Shown here: one piece after another, positions 19,209 through 28,630 of the stretch
Numbering within the stretch: position 1 is the first letter of the stretch
Layout: every line of letters starts with the position of its first letter
Assembly: GCF_049584895.1 (NCBI RefSeq)
Contig: NZ_JBAUYR010000086.1
Coordinates: 69,625 to 133,624 of the forward strand
Direction of reading: 5' to 3'
DNA from: Candidatus Binatus sp.
GTDB taxonomy: Bacteria > Desulfobacterota > Binatia > Binatales > Binataceae
Length of the DNA: 64,000 nucleotides
Translations under genes and position numbers: made by a program
Notes under the pieces: model-generated
What the model was told of the DNA's origin: nothing
Seen by the model: the letters and a program-made list of their open reading frames with translations, nothing else
Databases searched by the model: none

Positions 19209-21788
19209 ATGAGCGATCAGGATGGAGCTCCCTTCGCCGATACTTCGCAGGACTATCGCCTGCCGAAAACCGTCACGCCCAGGCGCTACGACATTCGGCT
19301 GACGCCCGACCTCAAGGCCTTCACGTTTCAAGGCGACCTGAGTGTCGCCGTCGCCGTCAACGAAGCGACCGATGACGTCGTGCTGAACGCGCTCGAGCTG
19401 GAGATCGACAAGGTGACTGCAGAACGCGGTGGAAAATCTCTCGCGGCGAAGGTCGAGATGGAACCGGCCAAGGAACGCGCGCACCTTCGATTCGCCGAGA
19501 AACTTTCGCCGGGCGAGTGGACGCTGAAGATTGCGTTTCGCGGAATCCTGAATGACAAGCTGCACGGATTTTATCGCAGCCAGTACCAGGACGCGTCGGG
19601 GAAGACTCATGTCGCCGCGACGACGCAGTTCGAATCCACCGACGCGCGCCGCGCGTTTCCATGCTGGGACGAGCCGGAGCTGAAGGCGAGTTACAAGGTG
19701 ACGCTGGTCGTCGACGAAAACCTTGCGGCAATTTCGAATGGCGGGCAGGAGAGCGAGCGCAAGCTGCCCGGCGGCAAGAAGGAGGTGGTCTTCAAGGAGA
19801 CGATCCGGATGTCCACCTACCTGGTCGCATTCATTGTCGGCGAGTTCGACGCGACTGCGCCGGTTGATGCGGGCACGCCGCTGCGTATCGTTCACGTCCC
19901 CGGCAAGGAGTCCCTGACCGGATGGGCGAAGCAGATTGGCGCATTTTCGCTTAAATACTTTGCGGACTACTACGGGCTCAAGTATCCCGGCGACAAGCTC
20001 GATCTGATCGCGATTCCCGACTTCGCGTCGGGCGCGATGGAAAATCTTGGAGCGATAACGTTTCGCGAGACCGCGCTGCTGGCCGATGAGAAGACCGCGT
20101 CGCGCGCCGAGCTCGAGCGCGTCGCCGACGTGGTCTCGCACGAAAACGCGCACATGTGGTTCGGCGACCTCGTCACGATGCGCTGGTGGAACGGCATCTG
20201 GCTCAACGAGGCGTTTGCGACCTTCATGGAAATGCTGGCGGTCGACGCCTGGAAGCCGGAGTGGAAGCGATGGGAGAGCTTCAGCGTCTCGCGCGCGGCG
20301 GCGATGTCGATCGACGGGCTGCGCAGTACGCGCCCGATCGAGTACGAGGTGCGCAGTCCCGAGGATTGCCGCGCGATGTTCGACATCCTGACCTATGAGA
20401 AGGGTGCGGCGGTGCTGCGGATGCTCGAGCAGTTTTTGAGCGACAAGGTTTTTCGCGACGGAATCCGCCTCTACCTGAAGAAGCATCAATTCAATAACAC
20501 CGAGACCGGCGATTTGTGGGACGCGCTCGAAGCGGCGTCGCGCGAGCCTGTGCGCAAGTTGATGGACTCGTGGATCTTCCAGCCCGGTTTCCCGATGATC
20601 GACGCGTCGCCGGCTGCCGGCGGACTCAAGATTTCGCAGCGGCGCTTCTTCTATCTCCCCGAAGACAACGACCAGCTTTGGCATGTGCCCGTGATGGTTC
20701 GCGCCAAGACCGATAAGGGCGTTTCGACGCACAAAGTTTTGCTGACCACTCGAGAGACGACGATCGATATTCCCGGCAAGCTCGAGTGGGCGCTACTCAA
20801 CGAGGGCGGCCACGGCTTCTATCGCGTGCATTACGCGCCGGAATTGCTCGCGTCGCTCACGAAAAATCTCAGCGCGCTTCAGCCGATCGAACGCTTCGGG
20901 CTGGTGAGCGATACCTGGGTCTCGACCGTCGCTGGGATCGGCCCGCTGAGCGAGTTCCTCAAGATGGCGCGGCTGTTCACCAATGAGACCGACATCAACG
21001 TGTGGCGCGCGCTGATTGGCGCGTTCTCGTATCTCGATATGATAGCGTCTGACGCCGACCGGCCCGCACTCGCCGCAGCCGTGCGCGAGATTGTCGGTCC
21101 GGCAGCCGCACGTCTCGGCTGGGAGCCAAAACCGGGCGAGAGCGAGCTCATCCGCCAGTTGCGCGGCACGCTAATCGGCGCGCTCGGCACGCTCGGCGAC
21201 GATCGCGAAGTGCAAAAGCGCGCGCAGGATCTGTACGCCCGCTTCGAGGACAATCCCGAGTCCGCGGATCGCGACCTGATGCCCGCGCTGGTGAACATCC
21301 TCGCGTACTCGGGCGACGCCAGGCGTTACGAGGAGTTCAAGCGAAAGTTCAAGGCGCCGCGCACGCCGCAGGAAGAGCAGCGCTACCTGTTTGCGCTCGC
21401 AAATTTCCGCGATCGCGAGCTGCTCAGAAAAACTATGGAGATGACGATCGACGGTGAGGTGCGGACGCAGAACGCGCCGTACCTGATGCATTCGCTGCTG
21501 CTCAATCCCGCGTCGCGCTACGAGGCGTGGGACTTTGCGCGCGCGCATTGGGACGAGATGATTCAAAAATATCCCGACAACGCGCTGCCGCGAATGTGCG
21601 AGGCGGTCGTCGCGCTGCTCGATCGCGAGGACGAGGTGAAGAAATTCTTCGCCGAGCATCGGGTGCGCCTCGGCGGCAAGATAATCGATCAGCACCTCGA
21701 GCGGCTGAGCGTCGCGGTCGGATTCAGGAATCGCGAAGGAAAAAATCTGCAGGCAACACTGAAAGGACTAACAGGGGAGAAGCGATGA
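19209..21788 (+). CDS. pepN: M1 family zinc aminopeptidase (aminopeptidase N-like)
   Basis: GAMEN exopeptidase motif (SGAMENLG), HENAH-x18-E zinc site (HENAHMWFGDLVTMRWWNGIWLNEAF), and a long ERAP1-like C-terminal domain. Confidence 0.9.
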   Translation: MSDQDGAPFADTSQDYRLPKTVTPRRYDIRLTPDLKAFTFQGDLSVAVAVNEATDDVVLNALELEIDKVTAERGGKSLAAKVEMEPAKERAHLRFAEKLSPGEWTLKIAFRGILNDKLHGFYRSQYQDASGKTHVAATTQFESTDARRAFPCWDEPELKASYKVTLVVDENLAAISNGGQESERKLPGGKKEVVFKETIRMSTYLVAFIVGEFDATAPVDAGTPLRIVHVPGKESLTGWAKQIGAFSLKYFADYYGLKYPGDKLDLIAIPDFASGAMENLGAITFRETALLADEKTASRAELERVADVVSHENAHMWFGDLVTMRWWNGIWLNEAFATFMEMLAVDAWKPEWKRWESFSVSRAAAMSIDGLRSTRPIEYEVRSPEDCRAMFDILTYEKGAAVLRMLEQFLSDKVFRDGIRLYLKKHQFNNTETGDLWDALEAASREPVRKLMDSWIFQPGFPMIDASPAAGGLKISQRRFFYLPEDNDQLWHVPVMVRAKTDKGVSTHKVLLTTRETTIDIPGKLEWALLNEGGHGFYRVHYAPELLASLTKNLSALQPIERFGLVSDTWVSTVAGIGPLSEFLKMARLFTNETDINVWRALIGAFSYLDMIASDADRPALAAAVREIVGPAAARLGWEPKPGESELIRQLRGTLIGALGTLGDDREVQKRAQDLYARFEDNPESADRDLMPALVNILAYSGDARRYEEFKRKFKAPRTPQEEQRYLFALANFRDRELLRKTMEMTIDGEVRTQNAPYLMHSLLLNPASRYEAWDFARAHWDEMIQKYPDNALPRMCEAVVALLDREDEVKKFFAEHRVRLGGKIIDQHLERLSVAVGFRNREGKNLQATLKGLTGEKR

Positions 21789-22957
21789 CGGACCAATCGA
21801 AAGCAGCTGCCGCAACGATCATCCACGACGACCAGCCGTTGCATTTCGAACGCGCGATCGCGGATTCGAATGCGGTGTGGCTCGACGCGGCGGAGTTGAA
21901 AAAGCTTGCGGGATGGGAGCTTAAGCCGGAGGGAATCTGCCGCGGCGATTTGTGCGTGCCGATTCCGCCCGGACGCGAGAGCGAATTCACTTCGAAGCGC
22001 GACGGCGCGTCCTGGCTCAACTTCAGCGCGCTCGCCGACCAGATGGGCAAGCCGTGGGCGGGAGACGCAAAGAATCGCGTGTGGTACTTCGGCGCGGAGG
22101 CGGCAGATCGCGGCAACGCGCTGCGAACGCTCGAGGCTCCCGACTTCGAGCTGCCTGACCTCGACGGCAAACTGCATCGCCTGTCAGACTATCGCGGCCG
22201 GAAAGTCTTTTTACTGGCCTGGGCCTCGTGGTGAGGATGCTCCCTTGACCTGCCCGGGTGGCAGGCGCTGTACGAAGAACTCAAGGACCTCAACTTCACG
22301 ATCGTCACCGTCGCGTTCGACACCGGCGGGGCGGCTGCGGCAGGCCCGTTCATCAAGGCCGGCAATCCAGCGCATCCTTCGCTAATCGATACGCGCCACG
22401 TCGTCGCCGAACTCTACAACATGGTCAACGTGCCGACCGCGGTTTGGATCGATGAATCGGGAACGATCGTTCGGCCTAACGAAGTCGCGTATGCGCTCGA
22501 CACTTTCCGCGCGATCACCGGTATCGATTCGGCACGATACCTCGACGCACTGCGCGATTGGGCGAAGAACGGCGCGAACAGCCGCTACGTCATGAAGCCC
22601 GACGAGGTCAAGCGCAAGCTCAAACTGCCGACCCGCGAGCATGCGCAAGCTGCGGCATACTTCCGGCTCGCCGAATATCTGTGCGAGACCGGGCACGCGC
22701 CTGACGCAGTGCCGTATTTCAAGCAGGCGCGGCAATTGCGTCCCGAGAGCTGGACGATCACGCGGCAGGCGTTCGCGATGGGCGATCCGGAGCGCGACTA
22801 CGGCACCACCTTCGTCAACGAAGTCGCCAATCTGAAAGGCAAGCTCTATTACGACCTGCTTGATCTCGATGGCTCTGGGAGCAATCCGGAGCAGGAGCAG
22901 GTCGCGAAGGAGGGCGCCGAGCGCCTGCGCAAACTGGTCGAGGGTCGCAGCGAATAG
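21785..22957 (+). CDS. thioredoxin-fold (TlpA/ResA-like) redox protein, predicted selenoprotein with Sec at TGA 22232-22234
   Basis: The 21785-22234 and 22235-22957 reading frames are the same frame, joined by one TGA. The context is DFELPDLDGKLHRLSDYRGRKVFLLAWASW-U-GC, followed by the cis-Pro region NVPTAVWIDESG. An ATGA overlap joins it to the pepN stop. Confidence 0.7.
22249..22265 (+). promoter_or_regulatory. putative bacterial SECIS upper stem-loop
   Basis: CCUGCC-CGGGU-GGCAGG: a perfect 6-bp stem and a 5-nt loop containing GGU. It starts 14 nt after the in-frame UGA. Confidence 0.55.
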
Positions 22958-23001
22958 ATGTCGGCACTCGACTAAACTTCGGCATTGGCTAGGATGACGC
23001 G

Positions 23002-23712
23002 ATGGCGAAGGCGGACATCCTGATTGGCACGTCGGGCTTTTCGTACAAGGAATGGCTCGGCGGCTTTTACCCGGAGAAACTACCAGGCGCCAAGATGCTC
23101 GAGTACTACGCCGAGCGGATGCCGACGGTCGAGATCAACTACACGTTCCGCGCGATGCCGAAGTCCGCGATGCTCGAAGGATGGGCCGCGCGCACGCCGG
23201 CGAATTTCCGCTTCGCACTGAAGGCTCCGCAACGTATCACGCATTTCGCCAAGCTCCGCGACGTCAAAGAAACCACCGACACCTTCATCGAGCGTGCGTC
23301 GGTTATGGGCGAGCGGCTAGCACCCGCGCTGTTCCAGCTTCCGCCGGACCTGAAGCGCGATCTCCCGTTGCTGCAAGACTTTCTAGCGATACTGAAAAAC
23401 AGGGTTCGCGCCGCGTTCGAGTTCCGAAACAAAAGCTGGTTCGATGATTCCGTGATCAGCGTGCTGGCAGACAACGGCGCTGCGCTGTGTATCGCGGAAA
23501 CGGAAAAGCTCGCATCGCCGCTCGCGCGAACCGCGCCCTACGTCTATGTTCGATTGCGCAAGGAAACCTACGACGACGCCGGCCTGGATGTTTGGGTGAA
23601 GAATCTCAATCGCCTGGCCGCCGGTGCCGACGAAGTTTTCGTCTATTTCAAACACGAAACCTCGGCGCCCGATCTCGCGGCACGTCTGCGCGCCAAGCTC
23701 GACCGCCCCTAA
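23002..23712 (+). CDS. DUF72 (UPF0759) family protein
   Basis: IGTSGFSYKEWLGGFYPEKL...VEINYTFRAMP...FEFRNKSWF are classic DUF72 blocks. Confidence 0.85.
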   Translation: MAKADILIGTSGFSYKEWLGGFYPEKLPGAKMLEYYAERMPTVEINYTFRAMPKSAMLEGWAARTPANFRFALKAPQRITHFAKLRDVKETTDTFIERASVMGERLAPALFQLPPDLKRDLPLLQDFLAILKNRVRAAFEFRNKSWFDDSVISVLADNGAALCIAETEKLASPLARTAPYVYVRLRKETYDDAGLDVWVKNLNRLAAGADEVFVYFKHETSAPDLAARLRAKLDRP

Positions 23713-23764
23713 CGCGACTCTCTCCTTTGCGTCGCTCGTTCACTCCCAATAATCTTCGAGACTT

Positions 23765-24697
23765 ATGGCAATCGAATATCGCGTGTTGGGAAAGACCGGC
23801 CTTCGAGTAAGTACTCTCGGATTTGGCGGGTCTGAGGTTGGCTACCAGGCGGTCGCGCAGAAGACCGTCGACAAAATTCTGAACACTGCGCTCGATGCCG
23901 GTATCAACGTGATCGATACCGCCGAGTGTTATGCCGACGGCGAGGCGCTGATCGGCAAGGCGATTTCCAAACGGCGCGCGGAAGTTGTGCTCATGACGAA
24001 ATGCGGGCATGCGCCGCTTGGGTCCGCGTCCGAGCGCGCGGCCGGTTATGCGCAGCCGGATTGGGATCCTGCGATGCTCGCGCGCAGTATCGAGCGCAGT
24101 CTCAAGAATCTGCGCACCGACCATGTCGATATAATGCAGTTCCATAGCCCGCCGCTCGCGACGCTCAAGGACGGCCGCGTGATCGAAGTTCTCCACAAGG
24201 CGCGCGAGCGTGGACAGGCGCGCTTCGTCGGATGCAGCGCGGACGCGGATGAGGCGGTGTACGCGGTCGAATGCGGCGCGTTCGACACGCTGCAGATCTC
24301 TTTGAGTATCGCGGATCAGGAGGCAATCGATCGCGTGCTGCCCAAAGCGGCTGCGCGCCGGATGGGCGTGATCGTCAAGCGGCCAATCGCCAACGCGGCC
24401 TGGCTTCACGGCAAACAGCCGCCTGCCGACTGGTACACGCGGCCATATTGGGACCGACTCCAGAAGCTCGACTACGATTTTGTCAATCGAGAAGTCGAGG
24501 ACGCGGTTGCGATCGCGCTTCGATTCGCACTCGGCACGGCGGGTGTCACGACCGCGATCGTCGGCACGACACGGCCCCAGCGCGTCGCGCAAAATATCGC
24601 GCACGCCGCCGCGGGACCATTGCCGGCCGCGGAGTACGAAGCGATTCGCGCGCGATGGCGCTCAGTCGCGCCTTCCGAGTGGACCGGCCAGCGCTAG
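23765..24697 (+). CDS. aldo/keto reductase
   Basis: LGFGGSEVG, INVIDTAECYADGEALIG, LRTDHVDIMQFHSP. Confidence 0.9.
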   Translation: MAIEYRVLGKTGLRVSTLGFGGSEVGYQAVAQKTVDKILNTALDAGINVIDTAECYADGEALIGKAISKRRAEVVLMTKCGHAPLGSASERAAGYAQPDWDPAMLARSIERSLKNLRTDHVDIMQFHSPPLATLKDGRVIEVLHKARERGQARFVGCSADADEAVYAVECGAFDTLQISLSIADQEAIDRVLPKAAARRMGVIVKRPIANAAWLHGKQPPADWYTRPYWDRLQKLDYDFVNREVEDAVAIALRFALGTAGVTTAIVGTTRPQRVAQNIAHAAAGPLPAAEYEAIRARWRSVAPSEWTGQR

Positions 24698-24933
24698 CGG
24701 GGAGTTCGCAGGGACATATTCAGACGTGCGAGGGTGTCCGTGTCCAGCGTCTCGCTGCCGCCTGCAGCCTCGCCGACGAGCAATTCGGCGATGGTGACCA
24801 TCGCGATCAATGCGATCATCGAGAGCCACGCAAAACCGTAGCAGAGTGTCGCGGCGCCATGTCTAATGCGTAACAGTTTTCTGTCCCTCTCAGTAAATCC
24901 TTTAGCGCGAAGCTGACTACTTGACCACTTCAT
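24694..24933 (-). CDS. hypothetical small membrane protein
   Basis: 79-aa ORF with one clear transmembrane segment (LCYGFAWLSMIALIAMVTIA) and an AT-rich upstream region. No recognisable family. Confidence 0.3.
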   Translation of the reverse strand: MKWSSSQLRAKGFTERDRKLLRIRHGAATLCYGFAWLSMIALIAMVTIAELLVGEAAGGSETLDTDTLARLNMSLRTPR

Positions 24934-25108
24934 GACAACAGATTGTTATCAAAGCTGTTACAAACAGAACAAATAAAGTGTCGATCCCGAATTTTTTGAA
25001 AATTACGAAGATCCAAGTCCGAGATCCGTATAGACGGCGTCGACAGAGGTGACCCCTGCACCCAATCTTTTAGACGGCCCTTGCCCTTGGCGCAGATAAT
25101 TCTCTGGT

Positions 25109-25136
25109 GTCATCCTGAGCGCAGCGAAGGATCTCG
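25109..25136. repeat. single copy of the GTCATYCTGAGCG repeat family
   Basis: gtcatcctgagcgcagcgaaggatctcg, just upstream of the 25170 gene. Confidence 0.8.
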
Positions 25137-25169
25137 TGCGCTCGCGCGCGTTTCTACGGAGCATCACAA

Positions 25170-26036
25170 ATGGAAATCGGATGGATCGGAACCGGAATAA
25201 TGGGCGCGCCGATGGCGCGACGCTTGATTGGCGGAGGCCATCGCGTGCGCGTCTTCAATCGATCGCCCGAGAAGGCTCGTGCGCTCGCGGCTGACGGCGC
25301 GATGGTTGCCGCCGACACCGCCGCGTGCGTCGCGGGCGCCGACGTCGTGTTCATCATGGTGCCAGACACGCCTGACGTAGAGGCAACCGTCGCGAAGATC
25401 GAGCCCGCGCTCAAGACGGGGCAGCTCGTCGTCGATATGAGCACGATTTCACCGGCGGCCGAGCGCACGATCGCCACCCGGCTGAAGGCGGCCGGCGTCG
25501 ATTACCTCGATGCGCCGGTCTCCGGCGGTGACGTCGGGGCTCGCGACGGCACGCTCGCGATCATGGTCGGCGGCGACGCGTCCGTATTCGAGCGCGCGCG
25601 TCCGTTGTTCGAGCTAATGGGAAAAAGGATCACCCACATGGGCCCGTCCGGCGCGGGCCAGATGACCAAGCTCGCCAATCAGATCGCAGTCGCAATCAAT
25701 CTCGAGGCGGCGGCCGAGGCGATCAAGTTCGCCAAGGGCGGCGGTCTCGATGCGTCTCGAGTGGTCGAGGCGATTGGTGCGGGCGCGGCTGCCTCGTGGC
25801 AGTTGTCGAATCTTGGCCCCAAGATAATAGCCGGCGACTATCGCCCCGGGTTCTTTATAAAGCTGATTCGCAAGGACCTGCGCCTGGTGGTCGAGGCGGC
25901 GCGCGAATCAGGGCTTGCGCTGCCCGGACTTTCGCTGATGGCCTCGATGTTCAACGCGTCGGCCGCGCTCGATCACGACCTCGACGGAACCCAGGCGGTC
26001 GCGGCGGCACTCGACAGATTGGCGGACGTGAAGTAG
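25170..26036 (+). CDS. NAD(P)-dependent beta-hydroxyacid dehydrogenase (3-hydroxyisobutyrate / tartronate semialdehyde reductase family)
   Basis: IGWIGTGIMGAPMARRL Rossmann motif, DAPVSGG, and the conserved MTKLANQ region. Confidence 0.85.
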   Translation: MEIGWIGTGIMGAPMARRLIGGGHRVRVFNRSPEKARALAADGAMVAADTAACVAGADVVFIMVPDTPDVEATVAKIEPALKTGQLVVDMSTISPAAERTIATRLKAAGVDYLDAPVSGGDVGARDGTLAIMVGGDASVFERARPLFELMGKRITHMGPSGAGQMTKLANQIAVAINLEAAAEAIKFAKGGGLDASRVVEAIGAGAAASWQLSNLGPKIIAGDYRPGFFIKLIRKDLRLVVEAARESGLALPGLSLMASMFNASAALDHDLDGTQAVAAALDRLADVK

Positions 26037-26073
26037 TACCAGAGTTCGAACCCGGATTTTTTGGAGGCCCAAA

Positions 26074-26877
26074 ATGGCAGACCTGCTGACCGAAGTTAAA
26101 GACCGCGTGCTTTATCTCACGCTGAATCGCCCCGACAAGCTGAACGCGATGAGCGCCGAGATGATGGGCGCTCTGGTGGACAACCTCTCGCGCGCCGCGA
26201 CCAATCCCGAAATCGGGGCCGTCGTGCTGACCGGTGCGGGGCGCGGATTCTGCTCGGGCGGAGATATCGGCGGGATGCGCGATCGCAACGAGAATGCGAA
26301 CGCCGGAGCGACGCAGACGATAGAGGATCGCGTCGCCGGCCTGCGTCGCGGCGAAGAGGCGTCGTTGATGCTGCACGAGATGGCGAAGGTCACGATCGCG
26401 GCGGTCAACGGTCCGGCCGCCGGTGCCGGCTTGAGTCTGGCGATGGCCTGCGACCTCAGGATCGCGTCCGACGCGGCGCGTTTCGGCACCGCGTTCGCCA
26501 AAGTCGGCTTCTCGGGCGACTACGGCGGCACCTGGTCGCTGACGCATCTGGTGGGATCGGCGAAAGCGCGCGAACTGTATTTCCTGGCCGACGTGATCGG
26601 CGCCGACGAAGCGTTGCGAATCGGATTGGCGAATCGCGTCGTGCCTGCCGCCTCGTTCAAGGACGAAGTGCATGCCCTCGCCTCGCGAATCGCCAACGGT
26701 CCGACGATTGCCTACGGCTATATGAAGGCGAATCTCAATGCTGCCCTGAATCACGAATTCAACGAGCTGCTCGATCGCGAAGCGTGGGGGCAAACGATGA
26801 CCGGCCGCACCGAGGACCATCGCGAAGCCGTTAAGGCGTTCCTGGAAAAGCGCCCACCGACGTTCAAGGGGCGGTAG
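26074..26877 (+). CDS. enoyl-CoA hydratase/isomerase (crotonase) family protein
   Basis: LTLNRPDKLNA, GAGRGFCSGGD, AAVNGPAAGAGLSLAMACD oxyanion-hole blocks. Confidence 0.85.
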   Translation: MADLLTEVKDRVLYLTLNRPDKLNAMSAEMMGALVDNLSRAATNPEIGAVVLTGAGRGFCSGGDIGGMRDRNENANAGATQTIEDRVAGLRRGEEASLMLHEMAKVTIAAVNGPAAGAGLSLAMACDLRIASDAARFGTAFAKVGFSGDYGGTWSLTHLVGSAKARELYFLADVIGADEALRIGLANRVVPAASFKDEVHALASRIANGPTIAYGYMKANLNAALNHEFNELLDREAWGQTMTGRTEDHREAVKAFLEKRPPTFKGR

Positions 26878-26908
26878 GAACTCGGGCTGGGGGCTGCGGT
26901 TTCCCTCC

Positions 26909-27081
26909 GTCATCCTGAGTGGAGTCCGCGGAGCGAAGGATCTCGACGCGCGAAGCGCGGCGCAAAGCAGTCGGGTGCTCCCCTTACCGCGGTTGTTCCC
27001 CTTCCCTCGAGGGAAGGGGCTAGGGGGCTAGGGGTTAGGTTGCTGAGATTCTTCGCTGCGGCAGCCTGCGCTCAGAATGAC
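26909..27081. repeat. inverted pair of the GTCATYCTGAGCG repeat enclosing a G/C palindrome (MITE/REP-like unit)
   Basis: Arm 26909-26946 faces the inverted arm 27045-27081. The internal perfect palindrome is ccccttccctcgagggaagggg at 26998-27019. Confidence 0.8.
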
Positions 27082-27106
27082 GGCGAAAAAAGAGAGGTCA
27101 CTTACG

Positions 27107-27907
27107 ATGGACTTCAAAACAATCATCTATGGGTCGCGCGACGGCATCGCGAAAATCACCATCAATCGCGCTGAGCGGATGAACGGCTACAACGAGACGA
27201 TGGTCAAGGAGATGTGCGCGGCGATCGATCTCGCGCGCCAGGACGACGATGTCCGCGTGCTGATTATCACCGGCAGCGGACGCGCGTTCTGCGCCGGCGG
27301 CGATATCAGCGGCGCGCCCGAGAGCCGCTCGCGATTTCATGGGCATCCGATGGGCCACATGCTCGAGATGCGTGAGGGGTTTCATCAACTGGTCCTGTCG
27401 CTGCATCGCTTCGACAAGCCGGTCATTGCGGCGATTAACGGCGCGGCTGTCGCCGGTGGCCTGACGCTCGCGCTGTCGTGCGATTTCAGGATCGCGTCGG
27501 ACCAGGCACGGCTCGGAGACACTGCCCTCAAGTTTGCGCTGCTTTGCGACGAGGGCGGCGCGTACCTGTTTCCCCGCTTCATGGGACTGGATCGCGCGCT
27601 CAAGATGACGCTGCTGTCCGAAGTTTACGACGCGAAGACCGCGCTTGAGCTCGGGCTGGTCACCGAAGTGGTGCCGCACGCGGAACTCGAGGCGCGCGTG
27701 AATGATTTCGCGCGTCGGCTCGCAGACGGACCGCCGTTGGCAATCCGGCTGGCCAAACGCATGATGTACAAGCAGCGCGAGATGACGCTCGAAAACGCGC
27801 TCGAGGACGCCGCGCTCAACGTGATGATTACCAATCCGTCAGAGGACGTGCGCGAGGGTATCCGCGCCTTCCGCGAAAAACAAAAGCCGAATTTCAAGGG
27901 CAAGTGA
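27107..27907 (+). CDS. enoyl-CoA hydratase/isomerase (crotonase) family protein
   Basis: ITINRAERMNG, GSGRAFCAGGD, AAINGAAVAGGLTLALSCD. ATG 27107 was chosen because the track start at 27077 lies inside the repeat arm. Confidence 0.85.
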   Translation: MDFKTIIYGSRDGIAKITINRAERMNGYNETMVKEMCAAIDLARQDDDVRVLIITGSGRAFCAGGDISGAPESRSRFHGHPMGHMLEMREGFHQLVLSLHRFDKPVIAAINGAAVAGGLTLALSCDFRIASDQARLGDTALKFALLCDEGGAYLFPRFMGLDRALKMTLLSEVYDAKTALELGLVTEVVPHAELEARVNDFARRLADGPPLAIRLAKRMMYKQREMTLENALEDAALNVMITNPSEDVREGIRAFREKQKPNFKGK

Positions 27908-27947
27908 GTTCTCGTCCAGCCCTGCCGCTACAGGAGATCCCGTTCGC

Positions 27948-28367
27948 ATGCCGATGAAGAAAAAAGATATCGAGAAGCTGCTCAAGAAACCGATCGTCGC
28001 CGTGGTTGCGGTCACCGCGCCCGACGGCGCGCCGCACGCCGTGCCGACCTGGTACGAATACGCCGACGGGCAAATCGTGTTTCACACCGGCGCGGAGTCA
28101 TTCAAATACAAATGCCTGGTGCGCGACCCCCGCGTCACGCTGGTGGTCGATACCAAGAAGGCGCCGTACAAGACAGTGGTGCTGAAGGGCCGCGCCACGC
28201 TCGAAGAAAAAGTCGACGACAAGCGCACCGAGAGAATGGCGGTCGAGTACCTGGGCAAGAAACTCGGCAAGGCGTACGCGAAGTCGCTCAAGGGCAACAA
28301 GGTCGTGGTCGTGACCTTCAAGCCGTCGCACACGGTCTCGTGGGATTACAGCCAGGAAAGCCCGTAG
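27948..28367 (+). CDS. pyridoxamine 5'-phosphate oxidase-like (PPOX/F420-binding split-barrel) family protein
   Basis: ~139 aa; the VAVVAVTAPDGAPHAVPTWY...VLKGRATL pattern is typical of small PPOX-class proteins. Confidence 0.7.
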   Translation: MPMKKKDIEKLLKKPIVAVVAVTAPDGAPHAVPTWYEYADGQIVFHTGAESFKYKCLVRDPRVTLVVDTKKAPYKTVVLKGRATLEEKVDDKRTERMAVEYLGKKLGKAYAKSLKGNKVVVVTFKPSHTVSWDYSQESP

Positions 28368-28375
28368 TATCCGCG

Positions 28376-28542
28376 ATGGACGATCGGCTGAAAGCAAATC
28401 TCGACGCGTGGAACACGAATTCGCCGAGTGCATCTATCAGCGTTTCCCGTTCATGAAGCAGGAGAACGACGGGCACTGGCACATCGAAGGCGATCCGATT
28501 CCGACTATCTTTTCGATCAAAGCGACCAAGTCCCTCAAATGA
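28376..28542 (+). pseudogene. internally deleted, frameshifted remnant of a class I SAM-dependent methyltransferase-like gene
   Basis: ATG 28376 gives MDDRLKANLDAWN, an N-terminal-like block. The +1 frame continues EHEFAECIYQRFPFMKQENDGHWHIEGDPIPTIFSIKATKSLK*, a C-terminal-like block. The ~200 central codons are missing. Confidence 0.4.
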
Positions 28543-28630
28543 CGGTATGCTGACCGATGAATTTATTTTGCCGATTAGTTAAGAAGGACTAATAGAGACC
28601 TGTAGAAAAGTCGCTAAATCTCGACAGATT

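Noticed and set aside
27077-27106. The track's upstream start (MTAKKERSLT) for the second enoyl-CoA hydratase. Similarly TTG 1198 for the LLM oxidoreductase.
   Set aside because: These N-terminal extensions are encoded by, or abut, the intergenic repeat arms. The internal ATGs (27107, 1231) give canonical family N-termini, and 1231 has a GAGGAG RBS.
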